The notes under the pieces: model-generated | Seen by the model: the letters and a program-made list of their open reading frames with translations, nothing else | What the model was told of the DNA's origin: nothing | The model's database searches: none | Translations under genes and position numbers: made by a program | Shown here: one piece after another, positions 13,250 through 23,267 of the stretch | How positions within the stretch are numbered: the stretch's first letter is position 1 | How the letters are laid out: the number at the start of each line of letters is the position of its first letter | Source of the DNA: Podarcis liolepis | Taxonomy: Eukaryota | DNA: 64,000 nucleotides | Direction: 5' to 3' (one strand) | NCBI GenBank assembly: GCA_965112155.1 | Contig: OZ218108.1

Positions 13250-13461
13250 GGGCTTATCCACACTTAGATTTCACCCTGTTCTTTCCAGGCACAGGTTCAC
13301 ACTTCAAAGCTCCATGTCCGAGGGATCAATTTTTTTCCTTGGAGCTTTCACTGTAAAAACCTGCTCTTTAAAGCTGAAACACAACAAATGGCAATTATTG
13401 TTTTCCATGGACATGCTGTTTGCTCCATAAAGTGTGGAGGAAGGGAAGTGTGGATAAGTCC
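13250..13461. mobile_element. PIF/Harbinger-like MITE, 212 bp
   Basis: TIRs GGGCTTATCCACACTT / AAGTGTGGATAAGTCC (15/16 match); 3-bp flanking direct repeat ACA. Confidence 0.8.
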
Positions 13462-14298
13462 ACAGTCTCTCTTACAAATGTAAATGCTAAGTAAACATGA
13501 ACATATTATTGCACTGAATAATAATAAAAAAACTTTATTCGAGAACAAGAGGAAGAAAATACTGCATGTGCTGCTCATAAACATTTGCACTATTATATTA
13601 GCCTGCAACACTTAAGCTGCAATCTGTTACCTGTAGAATTCAGTGTACAGATGGATGGATCAATCAATCAATCAATCAATCTATATTCAACCCATGTCAG
13701 TTGTTGTTTTTCATGAGCTAATTCACAAATCTTTTCTGTTGCATTTCCATGTCACTCTGCAGATTAAAACGAAAAGGGGGGAAAGAATTTGCATTATTTC
13801 TCACAAAATATGCATTTTTATATGCATTTTGTCCAAAAATATACATTTGTGAGCCTGTATATTTTAACCGAAGATATGCATTGTATATGCATTTCTTTGA
13901 GGCAAAAGCTGTGTTGGAAAATTCGGAGAAGTGCATAAACTGAAAGATAACAGTGTTCCAATTAGCATGTTAGTCTGGGAAGCACAAATCAGGTCAATTC
14001 ACTTAAAAACGCAAACTGCTTGAAATCCTTGAGCACCCCTAATTCAGTGGGCCTTTTCCAAAGCCATATATAGGAATACACCATACAATACTGTTCCAGC
14101 ATACGATTCCATGCTTTGTAGTCCTGTACAGTGTGTGTGTAGGCACAGCTGTCCTACAGCTATTTCTACTCATTCATGAGCTGTCACGGCACATTTTAGC
14201 GCCAGGCTATTAGTAACCAAAAAGAAGGAGGATATCCACAACCATTTTTTTGTAAATGCTGGTAACAAGAGCATCAATATTCTCTGGCAGCAAAGATT

Positions 14299-14303
<5 letters not shown>

Positions 14304-14341
<38 letters not shown>
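14304..14341. repeat. (TG)n microsatellite
   Basis: Directly visible. Confidence 0.97.
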
Positions 14342-14343
<2 letters not shown>

Positions 14344-14843
14344 TTAAATACTGTGAAATGAAGCAGCTGAAATTTGTTGCTATTGCCAGTGTTTTCTAAA
14401 TAAGGTTTTCAGAGCTTGCTTCACCTGTTCCCATATTAGGAGATTTTTCCTTAGCTACTTGAAAGATTTTCTACTTTTTTGTCAAGGAATTCACAGTTAA
14501 CATAAACTGCAATAAAATGTAGAGTAACACGAACCACTTGGCAGTACCTCTCTTGCTTACTGCTCTGCCATTAGAGTGGAATAAGGCTACCAAAGAGAAA
14601 CTGCTTTGAAAGGGGTTGATGGAGAAATTGGATTCTCTCCATGAGTTTAGAGCTCTCATCATTTTCCTAACAGCCAAAGAAAGTATTTTCCAAGAAGAAG
14701 AATGGCTAAATATAAGTTGAATGCTTAAGTGAACTTCTTTGAACACACATGAACGCGCACACACACACACGCACACACACACACACACACAACTGTGTGA
14801 AAATACAAAAATGTCATTATTGTTTCTTAAATAATGATGATGA

Positions 14844-15796
14844 TAGGAACATAGGAAACTGCCTTATCCATTGGTCCATCTAGTTAATATTGCCTACACC
14901 AGTCATCCCCAAATATATTTTTTCCATGGACCACTTGAAAATTGCTGAGTCTTGGCAGACCACTTAATGATTTTTCTGCCTGTTGTAGAAATCACAATGC
15001 ACTGTGCTAGATTTTAAATTGCATTCTATTGCTTTTCTTATTTCTTTCTTATTTTTCTTATTTCTTATATTGTATTTTTATTGTATTACAATTTCAGTTC
15101 CATAGAATTCAATTTGTAAGAATTCAGACATGCAGTGCACAACCTGAATGCAGCTTGCGGACCACTGCTTCATAGGCTCCAACTGACCCCAAATCCTAGG
15201 AGAGTCCTGGAAAATCACTAGTCATCGCAGCAGAGATGTTGCCTTGGGTCAAAGATTGTGGGGTCCATTGGCATGGCACGCACAATATCTCACAGACCGC
15301 TTCTCCCCATATGAGCCAACCCAGACCCTGTGATCATCATCTAAGGTCCTTTTACATGTGCCTCCTCCACAAGAGCTCCAGAGGGTGTGAACACTAGAAC
15401 AATTTGTGGAATGCTCTCTCCAAGGAGGCTTACCTGGCACCTTCATTTCATACCTTCAGGCACAGTAAAAAATGTTTATCTTTAACCAAGCCTGTGGCTG
15501 ATTAACATTCTATGACGTTTTAAATGTGTTTTGGGGAGATGGCTTCTTGGTTTGTTTTTGTTTTATTATGTATTTTGTGTCCTCGTTTTATTTTTTTATT
15601 TTGTGAACCACCCAGTGATCTTCGGATGAAGGGTGGTATACAATTTTAATAAAGAATAATAAACCATACCATACACTGACTGACTGCGTCTCTCTTGAAT
15701 TTCAGGCAGAAGTCCTTCCCAGACCTACCTGGCAATACTGGGAATTGAACCTGGGATTTCCTGCATGCAAAGCAGATAGTCTACTGGGCATAAATA
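14844..15796 (-). mobile_element. tRNA-derived SINE split by nested inserts (hAT-like fragment at about 14900-15170, L2 3' end at about 15280-15665)
   Basis: The tail half TAGGAACATAGGAAACTGCC...CCTACAC resumes at about 15672 as TACACTGACTG...GGAATTGAACCTGGG...TGCATGCAAAGCAGA. The L2-type end is GTGAACCACCCAGTGATCTTCGGATGAAGGGTGGTATAC. Confidence 0.62.
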
Positions 15797-17710
15797 CACT
15801 GGGCAACAATTTCTTACTTTTTGAATGTTGTCTAGATTTCTACAACTGATTTGGGGTATTTTTGCACTGCTGAATCAGGAAATGGCATCCGTTTCTCTCC
15901 ATCAGGTCAGGTTTTCTGTAAACTGAATGGTGGGCATTGATAAAGGTAAGTACATGTAAATTGCATGTTGCTTCACCATTTTTCAAACTTCAGGGCTTGA
16001 ACTTCTGTTTCTTGGCACTCCTGGAATGCTCAGCAGCACGGAGGTCTCTCTTCAGAGTCCAACAGTAGTCAGCCATCATGACTGCGTCCCAGTGACCCTG
16101 ATACCTGGTCTCCATCTCTTTCATGCCCTGATGGAATCTCTCCCCCTGCTCGTCACTCATTGAACCCAGGTTCTCAGGAAACCGGTCCATATGTGAAAAT
16201 AGGTAGTGCATCTTGACGCTCATGTTGCAGCCCAGGTTTCTGAAAGCAGTCAGCATGTTGTTGACAAGTTCCGCGTAGTTTCTGGCCTTATTGTTGCCAA
16301 GAAAGTTCTTCACTACCAGAACAAATGCCTTCCACGCTTCCAGTTCCACTTCGTTCATTGAGTTTCCGAACTCTGGATCTCTGATGAGCTGACGGATCTG
16401 AGGACCGTCAAAGATGCCAGCTTTCAACTTCTCCATGGTCAATCCTGGAAAAGCCTGGCACAAGTAAATGAAGCTGTCACCATCCTTGTCCAGAACCTTG
16501 GTGAACTGCTTGATTAAGCTGAGCTTGATGTGCAGTGGTGGGAAGAGTATTCTGTCTCTGTTCACCAGAGGGTCATTGATGACGTTCCTTTCTTTGCAAG
16601 GCACCAATTCCTCCCACACAGGCCAGTCCTTCTTCATGTAATGTTGAGCACGGTCCCTACTATCCCACATGCACTGAAAACATGGGTACTTGGTGAAGCC
16701 AGACTGTTGTCCCAACAAAAAGTTCACCATCTTCAGGTCAACACAAATAAACCACTTATGCTGATCATAACCAATTTTCTCCAGCACATACTTCACCGCT
16801 TCATAGTTCTCCTTCAGTGTACTCGAGTGAGCCAGGGGTATAGAGGCAAACTGGTTGCCGTTGTGTAGCAGAACACATTTCAGTGATCACTTGCTGCTGT
16901 CAATGAACAGTCTCCAATCTTTGGGTTCGTACTGGGGCACTCCAAGCTTGAGCAGAAGCTGCGCAATATCTGCACAGTACACCAAGTTCTTCTCTTCCAA
17001 GAAAAAACGGAGGTACTCTTGATGCCTGTTGCGCAAGAAGCTGATGCGAGCACTGTCAGAGAGGAGGTTTTTTTCTTCAATCTGGATGCCAACAGTTCAG
17101 CAGAGTCCTTTGACAAGCTGAGGTTGCGAACTAGATCATTCAACTCCTTTTGGGAAATTGGATGTGGAGCATCATCTTCAAGAACCACTTCTTCTTCTTC
17201 ATGTCCTTCAACACTGGAGGCATCTTCGTCACTAATGTCAGGAAGTTATCCGAAGATAGGCACTGGAATTTCATCACAATGAGCTACAGGACAACGTGCT
17301 GATTGAAGATCAGGATACTTCGTGGGGCGGCTGCCCCATTAACTTGGTTTTCATCCACCAACTTTATGCTTTGCTGGACCAATTTATGGAAGATTTCGAG
17401 GTTTTATGACTTCAAACTGATCCCTTTTCGACATAATCACCCAGAACTATCGGACCTGAATACTTCTTGTCATTAAAATAATCATTTCCAATCAAAACAA
17501 TTATTTGACAAGGCATTTTACCCCCACCAACTTCTTCTAAAATGCTCCACACAAGTGTACATGTGAACAAAAACCTAAAAAAGACATGTGGCCATAGCTC
17601 AAAAACTTGACCTGATTGAGCAAAACCAATGTGATTTTTGGATTCAGCACATCAGATTCATCCTAAATCAGCTGAAAAAATGCAGACAACAAATTTGTTG
17701 TTGACCAGTG
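15797..17710 (-). mobile_element. Chapaev3-type (CMC superfamily) DNA transposon, 1914 bp, internally deleted
   Basis: Termini CACTGGGCAACAA / TTGTTGACCAGTG, imperfect subterminal inverted blocks (CTGATTT, TGCTGAATC, ATCAGGTCA), 3-bp TSD ATA at 15794-15796 and 17711-17713, and transposase motifs. Confidence 0.88.
15990..17320 (-). pseudogene. Chapaev3 DDE transposase pseudogene
   Basis: Motifs YPDLQSARCPVAH, ELNDLVRNLSLSK, WRLFIDSS, ICVDLK, GFTKYPCFQCMWDSR, PPLHIKL, GIFDGPQIR, MSVKMHYLFSH, SDEQGERFHQ. Stops at 17246-17248 and 16887-16889, frameshift in the T-run 17068-17074. No N-terminal Cys/His domain is visible. Confidence 0.85.
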
Positions 17711-18481
17711 ATAGCAATGTCTTTTCATTTCCCCTTCCTTGGTTATGAAGTCTCATGCTTCAAATCAATGTGTTTTTTGGAGAGCAATCCCAAGCAATCA
17801 TGCGGTCATGGGAAACTGGAACAAATGACCACTTGCTGTGGAAAGCAGCACAGTGTGAGGCTGAAATCGCTCTTGTTTACCTAGTGCCTTGACTCTCAGC
17901 GACAGGTTAAAAGGGAGGGAGGCAAGAGCTGCCTGAAATATCATGTTGGGCCTGTAAACCCAGGAATGCTCAATCAGCTGCCAGCAGTGCCCCCAAATGA
18001 TCTGTATAGTTTGCCTCCCCTGAAACCTCAGTGAATTTCAGACATTTCTGACTGAACAAGTTTGCCTAAGGTGAGATTTATCAGGCAGTGTCAGAGCTAG
18101 TGTACGACACATACTGGGTTCTCCTTGAGCCTAACTTCTGCTCCCAACTCTATGGACACCCCAATGCACACGCAGAACTCTGGGTAATCAAAGGGATTTG
18201 TCAGCACTGCGTGATGGAAGGTAGGTCTCTCTTTTGCAGCATAGTTTTGGAGTTGCTGAGGACATGGCAGGAAAAGCCCCTTGAGACATTAGAACTCCAG
18301 ACATGTATCGGAGGTCCTACACACGTAGCAAGCTTCTGAGTCAAGATGTTTGTCAAATACTTTTCATGCCAGTTTGAAGCAGAAGCATAAAATGGCAGAC
18401 TCCCTAGACCAGCTTATGGTACGTGGTGCCAATTTTAAGGTGTAATTGTTTCGTTACAAAAAAGTTGCTTACAACACTCAA

Positions 18482-18851
18482 TGTTGTGTACTGAGTTGAA
18501 TAGGATCCAAACTGCAGCAGTCTGATTGGTCCTAGAACAATAGGATCCAAAATGCAGCAGTCTGATTGGTCCTAGAACAATAGGATTCAGAATGCAGCAG
18601 TCTGATTGGTCCTAGAACAATGCAGCAGTATGATTGGTTGGCAGGAACCACCCAATCCTGCTCCAGATAGAAGTGAATCCACAACCTGATTGGCTTACAG
18701 TAGAATTCCGGAATTAGCCAATCATGTGCAGCCCATTGTGTAAATAATGTATATAAAGCAGATACTGTGAGGGGACATTCATTCATTCCTCCTCACCACT
18801 ATGAGCTGAATAAAGAGCATGAAATCACTTTGCGACTCTGAGTATATTTCA
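18482..18851 (+). mobile_element. Solo LTR, 370 bp
   Basis: TG...CA ends, 5-bp TSD CTCAA (18477-18481 and 18852-18856), TATATAAA at 18750-18757, AATAAA at 18809-18814, tandem repeats in U3. Confidence 0.9.
18499..18638. repeat. 40-bp tandem repeat (three units plus a partial) inside the LTR U3, each with an inverted CCAAT box
   Basis: Unit AATAGGATCCAAA(C/A)TGCAGCAGTCTGATTGGTCCTAGAAC starts at 18499, 18539 and 18579. Confidence 0.93.
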
Positions 18852-19328
18852 CTCAAGTAAATGTCTTAAGAAATCAGCATTCTTTTAAGGAGAGGGAATG
18901 CGAGGAGAGGAATGTGGGGTGAGGCTCCGTTCTCCCCAGTCTTAATTCTGTCACACAATCCACAACACCACACCAGCTCTTAGCTAAGGGCAACTATAAA
19001 GGAAACCTCTTGATAAATGGTGGGAAGAGGGTGAAAGTGTCAAGAGAGAAAATTGAGGCAGAAACAGAAGCTATAATGGAAAGTGAGGGAGGGAGTGAAT
19101 GACAAAGAATATCTAAATTGAGCTTCTGTGCAGTGGATAATTCTTTTTTAGTAACGTGCATCACCTGGAAATGTAAGTTGAATATAATAAAGAGTGTACT
19201 ACAGTTATTTAGAAACTTAGGAGACATTTAAATTCAGTAAAAAGCAACCCATTTCATTCAGAGTTCAGACATAACATTAGGACTGTTTACTATTTTAGAT
19301 TTACTTTTAAAAATATATTAAATACCCC

Positions 19329-19559
19329 CCCGTGGTGGAGCTTCATGCTCCAACACCGGGGGGCGGAGAGAAGATGGGGGCAGGGCTGGTGCACATCCCA
19401 GGGCATGGCGCGCTGCCCACAGGGGCGTGGCACATGTCGTGGGAGTGTGGCACGTGTCCTGGGGGCGTGGTGCCCAGTGCAGTGGGGGGAGTGGCACCCC
19501 ACCAGGATTGCGCTGCCAGGGCTGGTGAGCTTCCCCGCACTCCTCTTCCTCCACCAGTG
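19329..19559. mobile_element. hAT-like MITE, GC-rich, about 230 bp
   Basis: 8-bp TSD AATACCCC (19321-19328 and 19560-19567); imperfect TIRs CCGTGGTGGAG / CTCCACCAGTG; internal GGCGTGG repeats. Confidence 0.75.
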
Positions 19560-19659
19560 AATACCCCTTCATCCTGGGCATTCCCTATTTAATCCCTTTT
19601 TAGCTAAACAAGCACTGCCTTTGGAGCAAAGAAGGCAGTGAGGGCCACTAACCTAGTTC

Positions 19660-19870
19660 GCTTTAGAAGAGGGTTACATAAATGAATGGAGGAAAGGGCT
19701 ATTGGTGGCTACAAGCCATGATGAGGACTATGCTATGCCTCTGCAGTTGGAGGCAGTAATGCTTCTGAATACAGTGGGGAGAGTATTCTTGTGCTCGAAT
19801 CCTGCTTGTGTAGCCACTGTGAGAACAGGATGCTGGACTAGATGGGCTTGATCCAGCACAGAGCTTCTTA
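19660..19870 (+). mobile_element. CR1-type LINE 3' fragment
   Basis: 3' end GAACAGGATGCTGGACTAGATGGG...GATCCAGCA...CTTCTTA; similar ends occur at about 5590-5688, 51080-51275 and 51650-51820. Confidence 0.6.
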
Positions 19871-21474
19871 TTTCATTTTTTATTTGAAACACTTCACACA
19901 CATTATCTTGTCATAATCCCTATAACCCTGTGAGACAGGTCAGTATCATCATCCCTATGTTGCAGAGGATGAGGCCAAGAGATGGTGGCATGTGTCCAGC
20001 CACCCAGTGAGTTCGTGGAAGAATCAAGACTCAATATGGAGTTTCACAGCTTGGCCTCAGCCGCAAATTTCTCAGATGACCACATTACAAAGGGACCGAT
20101 TCCTCCCCAGTTCACAGGCTACCATACTACCCAATTAGGGAAGCAGATGCTTTTATTTAGCATTGCCTCGGTTTTTATGTAGCGACCTATCTTTTTTCCT
20201 TCATTATTAGGCTTATTGGTGTTCTTTTTAATCAGGTTGGTGTTGATGAAGTAAAACACCAAAACAAGACCAGCAAATCAGTGAAGGCATCAATGCTACC
20301 AATCCTTCACAACGTAATTCCTGTGGAGTCTGTCAGGGTGAAGATTTGGGGCTCATTGCAGCCATGAAGAATTAGCATGCTTACACACATTATGATTTTG
20401 GGGCTGCACACACAAGTTAAACTTGGTCAGCCTAATAATATCAGGAAGTGGGCAGTTTAGACGGGGGAAACAAGAGATGAGTAATAAAGAATGCTTTCTT
20501 GAGGTAAACAGCCTTCCTGTAGTGATTTGCCTCTATTTTTTTGTTACACCTGACCCAACTTTACAGTGAGAAAAAATATCTTGTGGTATTCTCTTTCTGT
20601 TTTTGCTTTTCTTGAAAACCAGGCATATCTGTGAAGGACAGTGGACACAAGAAGAAGCAACCATCTCTGCAAAGCAGGAAATGAAAAGAAAGAAAAGGCA
20701 AGTTTTGTAAGAAGTACAGAAAAATAGAGTTGGGAGGACTAGCGACCAACTATCTGTATGGTCCAGGGATAGGGAGGGAGCCTGTGGTTCTTTAAATGTT
20801 GTCGGACTCCAACTCCCATAATTCCTGATCACTGGCCATGCCAGCCAATGACATCTGAAAGGCCATATATCTAGTCCATGAGGAAGGAAACATTCAAACT
20901 TCTACCATGTTCTCTTTAAAAGCTTCCACTTGTAAAAATAAATAAATCCATACAGCTATTTTACTTATGCATTTTTTGCCTTGTATCCTGTGCTTCTTCA
21001 AATGACTTCAAGATATCACACACGGGGAGGAGTTATTCTGTTTCATCCCCACAACAATCCCATGATGTAGGTTGGGCTGAAAGATCAACTTGCTCCCAAA
21101 TTACTTTGTATATTTTCCCGGTCGAAACCCAACCTGATCCAAGAATATTGATTGACCAGTTGGGTAGGTGGTTGAGAGTCGATATTCTAGGCTCAGCATG
21201 TGTTATGTTTTAATTTAAGTTGTGTATGCTCCCCAGCCATTCTCGGCTTGAAGGCACTCCCTGTGTGGCCTGGTGCCCTGACTCATTTCCAGTAACACGG
21301 TGCCTCAAGTCTCATTCCAAGTAATGGCTGTATTTCATTTCCTTTACTCCTTCTTTTTGACAGCTTCCACCTGCTGCACAGCAGGAGCAACTGGGGCAAA
21401 ATCAGGCTGGGGAGAAGGAGAGGTGAACTTACTTAAACAGTTAGAACTTTAGGCAGGAATACTAGTTCTCGTTA

Positions 21475-21925
21475 GAAACATAGGAAACTGCCATATCCTG
21501 AACCAGACCATTGGTCCACATAGTCAGTGACATAGCCTGGGTTGCCAGTGCCCAGGCTGCATGGAGGAGGAGTAGGAAGGAGGGAAATGGACAGCGTACG
21601 CATGCACCTTCAACCCGCCTAAGGAGTCCATGTCACCCAGGAGATCACAACTGCAGAGATAAGAAGAGTTGTTCCGTTGTCTGGAGAGGTCACTTCCTAG
21701 TTCACACGGAGAAGCTATTTTCAACAGAGCATGCAGCTGTTTTGAGGCAGCAATTTGAATGTTGAAATTTTGCACCCCTAACAAATTTTGCGCCCAGGGC
21801 AACCATCCCCATGCTGTGCCACTGCCCCTGGCCCAATATCTCCATGGTTTGGGCAGGAGGAAAGAACCTGGATGATAGAAGCTGGGAGCTTTTGCATGCA
21901 ACACACATGCTCTACCACTTAGCAC
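21475..21925 (-). mobile_element. tRNA-derived SINE interrupted by a hAT-like MITE at 21525-21824
   Basis: Tail AAACATAGGAAACTGCC...CCATTGGTCCA and head ...TGCATGCAACACACATGCTCTACCACT flank an insert with TIRs CAGTGACATAGC / GCTGTGCCACTG. Confidence 0.6.
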
Positions 21926-22999
21926 GTGCCCTTCCTCACAGTCTTCCTGCCTATGGCTTTCTTGAATATTCTGCAAGGCAAGCATCAGCTCTGCCAAACC
22001 CTGTGTTGCTAGTTGATAGTCCAAAAGCACTAACAGGATTAGCATGGGGAAAAGAGCAACCTTTATGCAAAATCAGTAGCTGTCATTTCAAACTTCCTAG
22101 TTTCTTCCTACTTTCAAGCTGATGACTGTCATCACTGGAGCGGGGGGGGGGAGCAATAGGATAAGTGCATCCATGGCTACGTGCACCTTTTAGGTTCAGG
22201 GCCATTCTGCATTATATCTCTGAAAAGCAGCAATTGAGGGACAACAAGGGTAGAGTCGCTGCCTTCATATCCTGCCTTGCAGTATTCCCAGAGGCATCCA
22301 GCTGGCCACTGTGGGACTAGATGGACCCAGAAGTGCCTGGCTGTCAATGATGTTCACCTCAATAAGATGCCTGTGGAGAGCAGCATGTTCATTGATGGTG
22401 TGAAAAGCAATGGAAAACGTAATTATTTAAAGCACCAGCAGCCCACACTTCAGAGACAACTGGAATAGCGTACATGAATTCCTGTGTTTCACTTTTGTGA
22501 AACAACATGGTATCATATTCTCACTTGTCAGAAGATAACTGCAGGTTCAGTCATATAGTGAGATGGGGGATTACAATGTTGTGCTCTGGGATTTACATTT
22601 GTTGATGCCTGCGCCCCCTGAATGTGTGTCTTTCAGGACTTCCATCCAAGCAAACATGTTGAAAACATAAGCTGCTGCCACTTCACCATGTGCCTTTGTG
22701 GGAACTCTTTATCAGTATTATGTCTGTAGGTATATTATGCCCTTGAATGTTTGAAACCACTTCAGATATTAAAGCTGGGAAGGTCTGAGGAATCTGATGT
22801 CTAAATAGTAATTCAGTACAGAAGGCTTTAAACTCACATGCTTTTTTAGTATAGGCCTGAGTTATTTTAAACTTTATGTTCATGTCATGATTCCTGTCCT
22901 TTATTTCCACTGTTCATCTTATCTTATGTTGTCTGCTTTGTAGTTTTGAATCAGTAATTTCTTTTGAAGCATAGGAATCACATGCAAGTGTGGGGGGGG

Positions 23000-23267
23000 G
23001 GGGTGTTTCCCACGGGGGTCATTTAACTGGCCCACAAACCGCCCACAAACTGAGCCACCCACTCAGCAAGTCCCCACATGCTGCACTAAACCCAGGCAGT
23101 GCAGCGTGGGGACTCGCTTCCGCGGCGCTGAAAATTGTGCATGCGCAGATACCTAAAATCACATCTGTGCAGATGCCGGAAATCATGGGTGCACGTGCAA
23201 TCCAGCCCATGGAGCGCTCTCCGCTGGAGTGAACCGGCCCAGGCAAGATAAACCTTGCCAACCCCTG
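23000..23267. mobile_element. hAT-like non-autonomous fragment (one end preserved)
   Basis: Terminus reads CAGGGGTTGGCAAGGTTTATCTTGCCTGGGCCGG on the minus strand; CpG-rich body in an otherwise CpG-poor region. Confidence 0.55.

Noticed and set aside
12715-13356. 213-aa ORF
   Set aside because: It runs through the GC-rich interior of a non-autonomous MITE and shows no transposase or other motifs.
15990-16796. 268-aa ORF as a domesticated transposase or RAG-like host gene
   Set aside because: It sits in a TIR/TSD-bounded element, and the first catalytic Asp is cut off by a stop, with a frameshift further upstream.
18499-18638. CRISPR-like repeat array
   Set aside because: The units are contiguous with no unique spacers, lie in an LTR U3, and the DNA is vertebrate.
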